Source of the DNA: Candidatus Parcubacteria bacterium
GTDB taxonomy: Bacteria; Patescibacteriota; Minisyncoccia; Phycocordibacterales; JAKFXT01
Reading direction: 5' to 3'
Length of the DNA stretch: 64,000 bases
NCBI GenBank assembly: GCA_021414235.1
Contig: JAIOOV010000004.1
Location: forward strand, 473,591-537,590
Shown: one piece after another, positions 28,431 to 38,835 of the stretch
How positions within the stretch are numbered: position 1 is the stretch's first letter
How the letters are laid out: the number at the start of each line of letters is the position of its first letter
Notes under the pieces: generated by a model
Seen by the model: only the letters and a program-made list of their open reading frames with translations
Database searches by the model: none
What the model was told of the DNA's origin: nothing
Program-made: the position numbers and the translations under genes

Positions 28431-29504
28431 ATGAATAGAGATACCGAGCAGTACCGGGACATCGCCATCAAGAGCTTGGCAGTCCTCGGCCTCATGACCA
28501 TCCTCGCTTTGGGCAGCTTCCTCACGCTTACCGCGCTTACCTACATCCCCAAGGTAGTCCGCTCCGTCGGCACCTTTGTCGCGAGCACCACTCCGGACGT
28601 GACCACCACCGTGGCCAACGTGAAGAATGCAGTCCAGGGCAACCTCGGCTTCGCCTCCAACAGGACCGCGCTTTCGAACGGCTCTTCCGTAACCCTCTTC
28701 TGGGACAAGACCAGCGCTGAGGCTGGCGGCTCCTACGCGCTCACCTACCCGTGCGTCAGCGGCGTCTCCGTCTCCTACAAGGGCACCACCCTCTCCTGCA
28801 ATGTCCCCTTCTATCTCGACCAAGACGCAGAAGAGGTCACCCTCTCGGTAAATTCTAAGAAGGTGCGTAACGCGGAAGTAGCCTTCGCGCTCCACTTCAC
28901 CAAGAACGGCGAGAATCGTGTCACTTCTACCGATACCACGGCCGTCTCTGTAACGAACTCCGCCATCGCTTCGACGGATGAGGCTCCTGCAGCTCCAGCC
29001 AAGCCGACAGTGACCGCCACCCGCCCTCCGGTCTACAACATCGTCAACTCCTACATCCCGGGCATCCCGACCACCTACTCCACCGTCTACATCCCGGGTA
29101 ACACTACCTACGTTCCGACTCCAGGAGCAGAGTGGGGTCAGGCGGATCTCCGCCCGGTGATCCTCGAGGTAGGAGTCATGGACCCGTACAGCAAGGTCAT
29201 CACTCCGACCCGCTACATGAGCCGCACCAGTAAGGTGGCCGTACGCTTCGCTGTCGAGAACATCGGTACCAAGACTTCCCACCCATGGGTCTTCAACGCG
29301 GTGCTTCCTACCTCCCCTCGCTACACCTACCTTCCTGAGTTCCAGCCACCTCTTCGCCCAGGGGAACGCATCGAGTACACCCTCTCCTTCGACCGTGTCG
29401 TAGAGGACAACAACTCGATCATCGTCACCGTAGACCCGGCAGGCACGCTCGCGGAAGCCACTAAGGCCAACAACTCCGTCACCGCGACCTTCACAGCGTT
29501 CTAA
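28431..29504 (+). CDS. Membrane-anchored protein with C-terminal CARDB/Ig-like domain
   Basis: N-terminal TM helix; ADLRP...VRFAVENIGTK...VTVDPAGTLAEATKANNS. Confidence 0.8.
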   Translation: MNRDTEQYRDIAIKSLAVLGLMTILALGSFLTLTALTYIPKVVRSVGTFVASTTPDVTTTVANVKNAVQGNLGFASNRTALSNGSSVTLFWDKTSAEAGGSYALTYPCVSGVSVSYKGTTLSCNVPFYLDQDAEEVTLSVNSKKVRNAEVAFALHFTKNGENRVTSTDTTAVSVTNSAIASTDEAPAAPAKPTVTATRPPVYNIVNSYIPGIPTTYSTVYIPGNTTYVPTPGAEWGQADLRPVILEVGVMDPYSKVITPTRYMSRTSKVAVRFAVENIGTKTSHPWVFNAVLPTSPRYTYLPEFQPPLRPGERIEYTLSFDRVVEDNNSIIVTVDPAGTLAEATKANNSVTATFTAF

Positions 29505-29517
29505 TATCGCAGTAGTC

Positions 29518-29555
29518 AAAACAAAAAACTCCCCCAACGGGGAGTTTTTTGTTTT
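29518..29555. terminator. Bidirectional intrinsic terminator
   Basis: aaaacaaaaaactcccc-caac-ggggagttttttgtttt between convergent genes. Confidence 0.8.
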
Positions 29556-29573
29556 ACGGGAGCAAGAAGTTGG

Positions 29574-31625
29574 TTAAATATCCAAAGTCGCGAGCTTCGC
29601 ATTCGACTGGATGAACATCTTGCGGCTCGGCACGTCTGTGCCCATGAGAATGTCGAAGACCTTGTCTGCCTCGACGCCGTCCTCGATGTTTACCTTCTTG
29701 AGCACGCGACGAGCAGGATCCATGGTGGTCTCCCAGAGTTCTTCTGGGTTCATTTCTCCCAAACCTTTGTAACGCTGTATGGAAATCTTCGGCTTGCGCT
29801 CCTTTCCTTTTGCAGGAGTTTCTTCCTCTTCAGGTTCTTCTTCCAATCCTTCGGTCTCCGTCACCTCAGTGACAAGCTCAGCATCCTTACCGAGGAACTT
29901 GATCTTCTCTTCGTCGGTATAGGCGTAGGCGATCTCCTTGCCGCGCTTGATCTTGTAGAGCGGCGGCTGGGCGATGTAGATGAAGCCGCCGTCGAGGAGA
30001 GGACGGAAATGACGGTAGAAGAGTGTGAGGATGAGCGTGCGGATATGCGCGCCGTCCACGTCGGCGTCCGTAGCGATGATGATCTTGTGATAGCGGAGCT
30101 TCCCGATATCGAAGGTGTCTCCGATGAGTGTACCGAGCGCAAGCACCAGGGATTTAATCTGCTCAGAGGCAAGCATCTTGTCGAGACGAGCGCGTTCCAC
30201 GTTCAATATCTTGCCGCGGAGCGGGAGGATGGCCTGCGTGCGGCGATCTCTTCCCTGCTTAGAAGAACCTCCGGCAGAATCTCCTTCCACGATGAATAGT
30301 TCGGACTCAGAAGCGTCCTTGGACTGACAGTCTGCAAGCTTTCCTGGGAGCGTGAGACCCTCGAGGGCGCCTTTGCGCAGGATGGAATCCTTTGCGGCCT
30401 TTGCGGCCTTGCGGGCGCGCTGTGCCAAGAGCGCCTTGCCGATGATGAAGCGGGCGTCCTCCGGATTCTCTTCAAGAAAAGCAGAGAAAGCTTCTGAGAA
30501 GACGGTTTCCACCGCACCGCGCGCTTCCACCGTACCGAGCTTGGCCTTGGTCTGGCCCTCGAACTGGATCTCGGGAATCTTGACCGAGACCACCGCAGTG
30601 AGACCTTCGAGCACGTCGTCACCAGTAAGGGTGTCGTCGCTATCCTTTACTATATTGTTCTTGCGGGCGTAGGTGTTGAGCGTACGAGTGAGCGCCGTCT
30701 TGAAGCCGGTGACATGGGTACCGCCTTCTGCAGTGTAGATATTGTTGGCAAAGGCAGAGAGGCGAGAGCTGATGTCGTCTACATACTGGAGCGCTACTTC
30801 CACCGCCACGCCATCCGCCTCCTTCTCTACATAAAAGACGTTCTTGTGGATGGGCTTCTGGAACTCGTTGTAAAAACGCACCAGGGATTGAAGTCCCCCT
30901 TCGAAATAGAAAGAGGTGGAGGGGACCTCCAGGCGCAGATCGCGCATATACACCACATCGTCGAGATCAAGCTTCCCTTCATACTCAGCCGCATTGATGA
31001 TGCCAATGCGCAGTCCTTTCACCAGGTAGGCTTGCTGGCGGAGGTGCGCGACCACTCTCTGCCAATCGAATTTGATCTCCTTGAAAATCTCGATATCCGG
31101 CTCGAAGATGGTGATGGTGCCGTGGAACTTGGAGCTACCCAATTTCTTAACTGCCGCCTTGCGCACGCCCTGCTTGTATTCCTGCATGTACCTGCCGCCA
31201 TCGCGGTGCACTTCCACCTTGGTGTAGATGGAAAGTGCATTCACTACTGATGCACCCACGCCATGGAGACCGCCAGAGACCTTGTAGCCTTCCCCACCGA
31301 ATTTGCCGCCCGCGTGAAGCGTGGTCATGATGGTCTCAAGCGCAGAGACCTTGGTCTTGGAGTGGATGTCTACGGGGATACCGCGGCCGTTGTCTACGAC
31401 GCGGATGCGATTGCCCGGCAGGAGGGCCACTTCGATGTCGTTGGCGAAGCCGCCCATGGCTTCGTCGCGCGAGTTATCGAAGATCTCCCAGATGAGGTGA
31501 TGGAGGCCATCGGGACCGGTGGTACCGATGTACATGCCCGGACGCTTGCGCACCGGCTCAAGGCCCTCGAGGACGGTGATATCTTCAGCTCCGTAGCCGC
31601 CCTTTTTCTTCTTTTCTTCTGCCAT
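29574..31625 (-). CDS. gyrB: DNA gyrase subunit B
   Basis: LEGLEPVRKRPGMYIG, SGGLHGVG, EGDSAGG, TDADVDG, QRYKGLGEMN. Confidence 0.97.
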   Translation of the reverse strand: MAEEKKKKGGYGAEDITVLEGLEPVRKRPGMYIGTTGPDGLHHLIWEIFDNSRDEAMGGFANDIEVALLPGNRIRVVDNGRGIPVDIHSKTKVSALETIMTTLHAGGKFGGEGYKVSGGLHGVGASVVNALSIYTKVEVHRDGGRYMQEYKQGVRKAAVKKLGSSKFHGTITIFEPDIEIFKEIKFDWQRVVAHLRQQAYLVKGLRIGIINAAEYEGKLDLDDVVYMRDLRLEVPSTSFYFEGGLQSLVRFYNEFQKPIHKNVFYVEKEADGVAVEVALQYVDDISSRLSAFANNIYTAEGGTHVTGFKTALTRTLNTYARKNNIVKDSDDTLTGDDVLEGLTAVVSVKIPEIQFEGQTKAKLGTVEARGAVETVFSEAFSAFLEENPEDARFIIGKALLAQRARKAAKAAKDSILRKGALEGLTLPGKLADCQSKDASESELFIVEGDSAGGSSKQGRDRRTQAILPLRGKILNVERARLDKMLASEQIKSLVLALGTLIGDTFDIGKLRYHKIIIATDADVDGAHIRTLILTLFYRHFRPLLDGGFIYIAQPPLYKIKRGKEIAYAYTDEEKIKFLGKDAELVTEVTETEGLEEEPEEEETPAKGKERKPKISIQRYKGLGEMNPEELWETTMDPARRVLKKVNIEDGVEADKVFDILMGTDVPSRKMFIQSNAKLATLDI

Positions 31626-31723
31626 ATATGTCCGCTAATTATATCACAAACAAGGCCTTTTTACCTGTTACAAAACTGGATAAATATGCTCTGGTATAGG
31701 CCTAAAGCAGCAATCTAAAGAAG

Positions 31724-33241
31724 CTAACTCAGCTTAAGGGAATAGAGCTTCCCATACTTCTTTTGCAGATATTCTATGAAAAACCTGCTCGAAGGCGCCT
31801 CACCAGTGACTCTCTTCAAGAGATCCGCTGCCTTGTAGGTCTTCCCGTGGAGATGCACGTGCTTACGCAGCCATTCACGAGGAACTGAGAGTTCTCCCTT
31901 CGCGATCTTCTTCGCAAGATCAGGAATGTCCCGCTCCATGGCAGCGTACCATTGCGCCGCATACAAATTTCCCAGAGTGTACGTCGGGAAGTAGCCGATG
32001 TATCCAGCGGACCAATGCACATCTTGCAATACGCCAAGAGTATCATTCGGCACCTCGATACCCAGATACTCTTTCATCTTAGCTCTCCACACCTTTGGCA
32101 GATCCTTGGGATCGATCGTACCCTCTACCATACCCTTCTCGACCTCGAAGCGCACGATGATGTGGAGATTGTAAGTCACCTCGTCAGCTTCCGTACGGAT
32201 GAGAGATGGCTTTACCTCGTTCAATATCAACATAAACTCCTCGAAAGAGAGTGCTTTGAATGGCTTCGGGAACTTCTTCTGTAGCTTGGGATAGAAATAT
32301 TTCCAGAACGGGATACCTCGGCCGATGTTGTTCTCCCAGAGGCGCGACTGCGATTCGTGCACGCCATACGATATGGCGTCCGCCAAAGGTGTCCCGAAAT
32401 GTTCTGAAGGGAGGCCCTGCTCATAGAGGGCATGGCCAGTCTCATGGATAGTGGAGCCGAGCGAATAGAGGAGATCATCTTCTCGGAAGCGAGTAGTGAT
32501 ACGCACATCATGAGGATGGAAAGCCGTAGTGAAAGGGTGCGTACTCTCGTCCATCCGACCTGCAGTAAAATCAAAACCCATGGTCTCAGCGACCATTCTA
32601 TTGAAAGCGAGCTGCTCTCCGAGAGGAATCTTTCCTTTGGTCTTCTTCGGGTCAGCCTTCACCTTCGAAGCCTTAATCTCCTGGAGGAATGGGATGAGGA
32701 AATCCCTCAGGTCACCCAGCATCGCAGAAGCATCCCTGGTGCTGAGCCCCGGCTCGTAGCTATCAATGAGAGCATCGTAGGGAGACTCCTTATAGCTGAT
32801 GAAGGCAGCTTCCTTCCTCTTCATCTCCACTATTCTGCGCAGATACGGCAGGAACATCTTAAAGTCATCCTTCTTGCGCGCCTGCGCCCAGACATTTTGA
32901 GCTTTAGAGACAAGCTCCGAATATTCCTTCACAAAGGAAGCTGGTAGCTTTCTCTCGCGCTCGTATGTCCGCCAGGTCTCCTCTACGATGATCGCGTCTT
33001 TACCTTTGAGCTTCTTGCCATCGACCTCCTTCTTCAGGTTCGAAAGAAGCTGGTCATCATCGAGGGCAACCAGTCTCCCGTGCACAATGCTACTGAGATG
33101 GGAACTTGCGATTGCTCGCGCATCCGCACCCTTCTCCGGCATATGCACCTCCTGATCCCAGCCGAGCACCGCTCCGGCAGAGCCTAAATATGAAATCTCC
33201 AAGAGTTTCTCCTTCAACGCATCTATCGGCCGAGCTTTCAT
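31724..33241 (-). CDS. Carboxypeptidase M32 (carboxypeptidase Taq family)
   Basis: HPF, DVRITTR, HETGH, HESQ, IRTEADE, GVLQDVHW, GYFPTY; ATG at 33241. Confidence 0.95.
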   Translation of the reverse strand: MKARPIDALKEKLLEISYLGSAGAVLGWDQEVHMPEKGADARAIASSHLSSIVHGRLVALDDDQLLSNLKKEVDGKKLKGKDAIIVEETWRTYERERKLPASFVKEYSELVSKAQNVWAQARKKDDFKMFLPYLRRIVEMKRKEAAFISYKESPYDALIDSYEPGLSTRDASAMLGDLRDFLIPFLQEIKASKVKADPKKTKGKIPLGEQLAFNRMVAETMGFDFTAGRMDESTHPFTTAFHPHDVRITTRFREDDLLYSLGSTIHETGHALYEQGLPSEHFGTPLADAISYGVHESQSRLWENNIGRGIPFWKYFYPKLQKKFPKPFKALSFEEFMLILNEVKPSLIRTEADEVTYNLHIIVRFEVEKGMVEGTIDPKDLPKVWRAKMKEYLGIEVPNDTLGVLQDVHWSAGYIGYFPTYTLGNLYAAQWYAAMERDIPDLAKKIAKGELSVPREWLRKHVHLHGKTYKAADLLKRVTGEAPSSRFFIEYLQKKYGKLYSLKLS

Positions 33242-33242
33242 A

Positions 33243-35006
33243 CTAACGGACCTCCCAAGCCTTCTCCTTGATCGCCGCGATGACTTTTTCCATGACCGCA
33301 TTCACCTCCGCATCTACCAGCGTCTTCTCAAAAGATTGGAATATCAGACGGAAGGCATATGAGATGCGATCTCCTTTTTCGAAGCGGTCGAAAATATAGG
33401 TCTTGAGGAGAAGAGGATCGCCGGCTGCATCTCGGATGACAGTCTGCACCTCATCCGCCTCAGTACCCTTCGGCACCCACAGCGCGATATCGCGCGAAAT
33501 GTAAGGATAGCGGGAGAAAGGCTGATAGCGCATCGTCTCAGTGAACAGAAGACGTTCGTAATTCTCCGCAGCCACATTCTCGATCTCTTTCTCAGATGCA
33601 GGCTCCTTCTCCCCGATCTTCCCTAGCATCAATTTCTCCATACCGTCCTTCCAAACGATACCGATTTCAAAAAGCTTCACTTCCTTAAGCTCAAGCAGCG
33701 CCTTATTAGGCACGTTCTTGGCGAGCGCCTCCGTAAGGCCCGTAAGGAGGCTGGCACGCAGATACGGCTTATCTCCCCCTATCTTATTCGCTACTGCACG
33801 CTCGCCTTTCTCTACGAATACAGAGGTCAGTATTTCGGAATAGCCAGCGCTACGGAGCTCTTCACGCGCCTGCTCAGCGGCGACGAAGCGTCCATTGACC
33901 GGCGTCTTCCCAGGAATCGGCGGAAGGGGCACAGCCGGCACATGCTCATAGCCAATGACGCGACCCACCTCCTCTACGAGATCCTCGGGGATGGAGAGAT
34001 CCAGGCGTTCAAACGGAGGAGTGACAGTGAACACGCCACTCTCTTCCCTACAAGCAAGACCTAAGCTGGAAAAAGCCTCGAGTACCTTCTCCTTGGAAAT
34101 CTCCGTGCCAAGCATCTTATTAATCTTCTCGAGAGAGACGCTTACCTCCGCAAGTTTTTGCGGAACAGGATACGAATCTACAAAACCTACGAGCTCACCG
34201 CCTGCGACCTTTTGAATGATCGCCACCACATCCACCATGCCGTAGGCGGCAAGTTCAGGAGAAAGCACCTGCTCGAAACGACTTGAAGCATCCGTGCGTA
34301 GCGCCAGCGAGCGAGAGGCCTTGCGGACAGAGGGTCCGTCAAAATTCGCAGACTCGATGACGATATCGACAGTAGATTCATCCACTGATGCTGGCATGCC
34401 GCCTTTTATTCCCGCGATGCCTACTGGGACATCGCCTGCGGTGATGAGGAGCATCGTGTCAGTGAGAGAATATTTCTTGGCATCAAGCGTCTCAATCTCT
34501 TCTCCGGCGTGCGCAGTACGGACCCCGATCGAAAGACTCGGAAGTTTCTTAGCATCAAAGGCGTGGAGAGGCTGCCCCAGCTTGAACATTACGAAATTAG
34601 TAGCGTCGACCACGTTATTAATGGAACGCTGGCCGATGGCTTCCAGGCTTTCTTTGAGCCAGGAGGGCGAAGGACCCACCTTCACACCCTTCATGTATCC
34701 GGCTATATAGCGATTGCAGAGCGGCGACTCTAGGGAGACAGAGACCTCAGTCGTAACCTTTGAAAGATCCGGCTTTTGCAACAGAGGATCATAAGTCATC
34801 TGGAGCTTGAGCACGGCGGCAAGCTCTTTGGCCACAGCGCGATGCGAGAGCGCATCGTGGCCGCGGTTAGGCGTCACCTTCACGTCCAGAACTTCCCCCT
34901 CCACGCTATCTATCTCAAACGCATGGAACGTAAGGGCGTCAGCTATTACCGCTGCTTCGGGCAGATCGGGAACGAATTTCTGGAGCCACGGGCGTAAGAC
35001 TTTCAT
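33243..35006 (-). CDS. pheT: Phenylalanine--tRNA ligase beta subunit (compact)
   Basis: VTPNRGHDALS, INNVVDATN, DLVEEVGRVIGY, C-terminal FDX-ACB domain. Confidence 0.95.
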   Translation of the reverse strand: MKVLRPWLQKFVPDLPEAAVIADALTFHAFEIDSVEGEVLDVKVTPNRGHDALSHRAVAKELAAVLKLQMTYDPLLQKPDLSKVTTEVSVSLESPLCNRYIAGYMKGVKVGPSPSWLKESLEAIGQRSINNVVDATNFVMFKLGQPLHAFDAKKLPSLSIGVRTAHAGEEIETLDAKKYSLTDTMLLITAGDVPVGIAGIKGGMPASVDESTVDIVIESANFDGPSVRKASRSLALRTDASSRFEQVLSPELAAYGMVDVVAIIQKVAGGELVGFVDSYPVPQKLAEVSVSLEKINKMLGTEISKEKVLEAFSSLGLACREESGVFTVTPPFERLDLSIPEDLVEEVGRVIGYEHVPAVPLPPIPGKTPVNGRFVAAEQAREELRSAGYSEILTSVFVEKGERAVANKIGGDKPYLRASLLTGLTEALAKNVPNKALLELKEVKLFEIGIVWKDGMEKLMLGKIGEKEPASEKEIENVAAENYERLLFTETMRYQPFSRYPYISRDIALWVPKGTEADEVQTVIRDAAGDPLLLKTYIFDRFEKGDRISYAFRLIFQSFEKTLVDAEVNAVMEKVIAAIKEKAWEVR

Positions 35007-35008
35007 AC

Positions 35009-35752
35009 TTAAAATTGATTCACGAAACGGAGATCCGCAGAGTGCATGAGACGCACGTCATCGATACCCCAACGGAGTATGGCCAGACGATCAAGCCCCA
35101 TGCCGAAAGCGAATCCACGATACTTCTCGGGATCTACCCCCGCATTACGAAGCACGCTCGGATGCACCATGCCCGCTCCCATCATCTCAATCCAGCGATC
35201 ACGCAGCTTCTCTGGGACGTTCTCACCCACGAGACGCATGTCCACTTCGACCCCCGGCTCCACGAACGGGAAGAAGCTCGGACGGAAGCGCACTTCCACA
35301 GAAGCACCACGGAAGAGCTCCTGGAAGAACTGCTCGATCGTTCCCTTGAGATTGGAGAGGGAGATATCTTCGCCCACGACCAAACCCTCGAGCTGGAAGA
35401 ACTCGGCTTCGTGGGTCATGTCGGTAGCTTCATTCCGGAAGACTTTGCCCGGCACGATGATGCGATATGGCGGGAGGATGCCCTTCTTCATCTGGGCTTC
35501 CATATATCGAGCCTGTACGTTCGAGGTGTGCGTACGCAGCACCATTCCCGGCTCATCCTTGATGAAGAAGGTGTCCTGCATGTCCCGCGCCGGATGATCC
35601 TTGGGGACGTTCAGAGCATCGAAGTTGTACCACTCGCTCTCAAGGAGCGGACCTTCAGCGAATTCGAAACCCATCCCCGCGAAGATGCGGTTGGTCTCCC
35701 GTATGAGCAAAGAGAGGGGGTGGAGGTGTCCCTGCGGATATTTTGGGTCCAT
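35009..35752 (-). CDS. pheS: Phenylalanine--tRNA ligase alpha subunit (no N-terminal coiled coil)
   Basis: HPARDMQDTF, LRTHTS, FRPSFFPFVEP, GFAFGMGLDRLA. Confidence 0.96.
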   Translation of the reverse strand: MDPKYPQGHLHPLSLLIRETNRIFAGMGFEFAEGPLLESEWYNFDALNVPKDHPARDMQDTFFIKDEPGMVLRTHTSNVQARYMEAQMKKGILPPYRIIVPGKVFRNEATDMTHEAEFFQLEGLVVGEDISLSNLKGTIEQFFQELFRGASVEVRFRPSFFPFVEPGVEVDMRLVGENVPEKLRDRWIEMMGAGMVHPSVLRNAGVDPEKYRGFAFGMGLDRLAILRWGIDDVRLMHSADLRFVNQF

Positions 35753-35885
35753 TGAGTCGCATTGTATCGGAAAAGAGCTTTTTATCAACGCGATTCAGGG
35801 AAAAAGAGTCTCGACCGGTAGAAAGGCAGGGGTGACCAAAAAGGTTGAAAAAATGGCCTAAAAATCGTATAATGACCGTCATCCT

Positions 35886-37124
35886 ATGAACTCCTTCTTC
35901 GGAGAAATACTCCCTCATATCCTGGTGTTCATATCCCTCTATTTCGAGGTTTTCCTCCTTGTGACCTTCCTGGAGCGCCGTGGTGAGATCCGCAAGGAAT
36001 CCCCAGAGCCGAAAGCGTACCCTTCGGCCACGGTCATCGTCCCCTGCTTCAATGAAGGCACGACGGTGGCAGGTACGCTCGATTCCCTCCTCGCCCTCGA
36101 CTATCCCAAGGAGAAGCTCTCCATCTTCGCCATCGACGACGGCAGCAGAGACAATACCTGGCAGGTCATGCAGGCCTACAAGGACAACCCGCAGATACGA
36201 CTCTTCCAGAAAGAGAACGAGGGCAGCAAATACAAGGCCCTCAACCTCGGCCTCTCGCACGTCACGAGTGAGATCGTAGGCTGCCTCGACGCCGACTCCT
36301 ACGTGGACCCCCAGGCGCTGAAACGTGTCGTCCTCCGCTTCGAGGATCCGACTGTCATGGCAGTGACTCCTGCCATCAAGCTCCACCAGCCCAAGAACTT
36401 CATCCAGATGGTACAGCGGGCGGAATACAGCTTCAGCGTCTTCATCCGCAAGATATTCGCCCTCATCGGCAGCGTCTACATCACCCCTGGCCCCTTCTCC
36501 TTCTTCCGGAAGTCAGTATTCGACACTCTAGGTCCGTACAAGCACGCGCACCACACCGAAGACCTGGAGATCGGCCTGCGCATGCAGACCAAGGACTACC
36601 GTATTGATAATGCGCATGACGCCTACGTCTACACAGTAGCCCCCGCGACATTGCGTGCCCTCTTCAAGCAGCGCGTACGCTGGACCCATGGCTTCCTCGA
36701 GAACGCCATCGACTACCGTGAGATCTTCTTCAAGCGCCGCTACGGTAACCTCTCCATGTTCATCCTCCCCTTGGCCACCCTCTCCGTCTTCTCCGTGCTC
36801 TACTTCACCGGCTACTCTCTCTTCTACGCCGTCAATGCTATCTTCGGTAAAATCTCCGAGATTAGCATCGTAGGGCTCAATCTCGGTTGGCCGCGCATGG
36901 CTACTGACTGGTTCTTCCTCAACACCGGGACCCTTACGCTCCTCTCGGTGATAATGATCCTCATCACTCTCACGCTCCTCATCACCGGGAAGGTCATCGG
37001 CCGGGAGAAGCCCTTCTCCCGGGATATTGTTTATTTCCTAGTCTGCTACGGCTTCATCGCGCCTTGGTGGCTGCTGAAGTCGGTCTACAATACCGCCTTC
37101 TCCCGTAAGACTACTTGGCGCTAA
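35886..37124 (+). CDS. Membrane glycosyltransferase family 2 (PgaC/IcaA/cellulose-synthase-like)
   Basis: VPCFNE, DDGS, DAD, TED and QRVRW motifs plus TM helices. Confidence 0.92.
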   Translation: MNSFFGEILPHILVFISLYFEVFLLVTFLERRGEIRKESPEPKAYPSATVIVPCFNEGTTVAGTLDSLLALDYPKEKLSIFAIDDGSRDNTWQVMQAYKDNPQIRLFQKENEGSKYKALNLGLSHVTSEIVGCLDADSYVDPQALKRVVLRFEDPTVMAVTPAIKLHQPKNFIQMVQRAEYSFSVFIRKIFALIGSVYITPGPFSFFRKSVFDTLGPYKHAHHTEDLEIGLRMQTKDYRIDNAHDAYVYTVAPATLRALFKQRVRWTHGFLENAIDYREIFFKRRYGNLSMFILPLATLSVFSVLYFTGYSLFYAVNAIFGKISEISIVGLNLGWPRMATDWFFLNTGTLTLLSVIMILITLTLLITGKVIGREKPFSRDIVYFLVCYGFIAPWWLLKSVYNTAFSRKTTWR

Positions 37125-37135
37125 CTTAGCTTTAT

Positions 37136-37825
37136 ATGAGAACTATTGATTGGAAAAAATACGCCCTGGTGCTCCTGATTACGGTCACAATATTTGCGAC
37201 CGCGCTCTACGTGAGCAACCGGCTGAATGATCGCCGTATCGACGAGATCCGCGACATCGGAGACCAGATCTCCATCGATATCCTCTCCTCCGAGACGCAA
37301 TTTAGCCTGCTTGCGGAATCCTCCTGTAAGGACCTCTCCGGCCAGTCCATCCTCTCCAAGGAGATCAACTCGCTCGCGGAGAGGCTCTCCTACACGGAAG
37401 AGAAGCTGGGGAGCGACAACGACGAGGTCATGAAGCTGAAGCGCTACTACTCCCTCCTCGAGATCAAGGATTACCTCCTCATGAAGAAGGTGGCCTCGAA
37501 GTGCGGCGTTAAGCCCATCACCGTCCTGTATTTCTACTCGAACACCGGCGACTGCGCAGAATGCGAGCGCACCGGCTACGTACTCACCGCCCTCCGAGAG
37601 AAGTACCCTGACCTGCGCGTGTATTCCTTCGACTACCACCTCAACCTCTCCGCGCTCGGCACCCTCATCTCCATCTTCAATATTGAGCCTCGCTTCCCCG
37701 CCATCATGATCGATGACGAAATCTTCTACGGCTTCACTTCCCTGGAGGATATCGAGAAGGAGGTACCGGAGCTTAAGGCGAGCCTAGCGACCACCACCTC
37801 GACGTCCACTCGCAGCAAGAGATAA
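37136..37825 (+). CDS. Membrane-anchored protein with thioredoxin-like CxxC
   Basis: N-terminal TM helix; LYFYS...DCAEC...VYSFD...FPAIMID. Confidence 0.7.
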   Translation: MRTIDWKKYALVLLITVTIFATALYVSNRLNDRRIDEIRDIGDQISIDILSSETQFSLLAESSCKDLSGQSILSKEINSLAERLSYTEEKLGSDNDEVMKLKRYYSLLEIKDYLLMKKVASKCGVKPITVLYFYSNTGDCAECERTGYVLTALREKYPDLRVYSFDYHLNLSALGTLISIFNIEPRFPAIMIDDEIFYGFTSLEDIEKEVPELKASLATTTSTSTRSKR

Positions 37826-37826
37826 C

Positions 37827-38831
37827 ATGGAAATACCGCTTAAGGATCGCGCGCTGTACTTCGGAGCAAATGTGCTCCTGGTCTGGCTCGCTGTTCTCAT
37901 CTACTTCTTAAACGCCTACTACCAGTCCTTCCTCCTCCCCGGTACCAAGCTCATCGTAGTGGGCGCCGCCCTCCTCTACACCGCCTACTTCCCGATCTAT
38001 CTCTTCCTCCACCGCGCTACCCGCCCGAGCAAGGGCTACCTCATCCTGCGCGGCCTCTGGCGCCTCTTGCCGTGGAGCACCGTAGCTCCTGGAGAGACCC
38101 GCTCTCTCACCAAAGAAGAGAAGACTTCTCTCCTCTTCTTCGTAGTGAAGTTCTACTTCCTCCCTTTGATGATCAATTTCGCTGCGGGCAACTTCCAAGG
38201 AGCAGTCGTCACTCTCTCGCAGTTTGACCCGAGCCGCCTCTTAGAGGCGGCCTACTTCATCACCGCCACCTATCCTCTCCTCATCCTGCTCATCTTCTTC
38301 GTCGATACCTTCTACTTCGCCTTCGGCTACCTCTTCGAGTCAGAGAAGCTTAACAACACCGTGCGCTCGGTAGAGCCTACGGTGCTCGGCTGGATCGCCG
38401 CCCTCCTCTGCTATCCCCCCTTCAATGGCGCCATCATGGAGCGCTTCTTCCCCTGGTACCCGAACCTCTACAGTTCCTTCGGCTCCCCTGAAGCGACCTT
38501 GGTCGCTTACGTATTCATACTTCTCGCGCTCTTCGTATACCTCTGGGGCACGCTAGCGCTCGGCACCAAGTGTTCCAACCTCACCAACCGCGGCATCGTG
38601 AGCCATGGCCCCTATGCGTGGATAAGACACCCGCACTATGCCTCCAAGAACCTCGCCTGGTGGATAGCGCTGCTGCCAGTGATGTCCTTCCCCGCTCTCC
38701 TCTCCATGCTCGCCTGGAGCAGCGTGTACTTCGTCCGCGCCCTCACCGAAGAGAGACATCTCCTTGCCGATCCGGAGTATCAGGAATATGTGAAGAAGGT
38801 GAAGTATCGGTTTATTCCGGGGGTTTATTAA
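37827..38831 (+). CDS. Isoprenylcysteine carboxyl methyltransferase/PEMT-family membrane protein
   Basis: GIVSHGPYAWIRHPHY, RALTEERHL, YQEYVKKVKYRFIPG. Confidence 0.85.
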   Translation: MEIPLKDRALYFGANVLLVWLAVLIYFLNAYYQSFLLPGTKLIVVGAALLYTAYFPIYLFLHRATRPSKGYLILRGLWRLLPWSTVAPGETRSLTKEEKTSLLFFVVKFYFLPLMINFAAGNFQGAVVTLSQFDPSRLLEAAYFITATYPLLILLIFFVDTFYFAFGYLFESEKLNNTVRSVEPTVLGWIAALLCYPPFNGAIMERFFPWYPNLYSSFGSPEATLVAYVFILLALFVYLWGTLALGTKCSNLTNRGIVSHGPYAWIRHPHYASKNLAWWIALLPVMSFPALLSMLAWSSVYFVRALTEERHLLADPEYQEYVKKVKYRFIPGVY

Positions 38832-38835
38832 TTCT

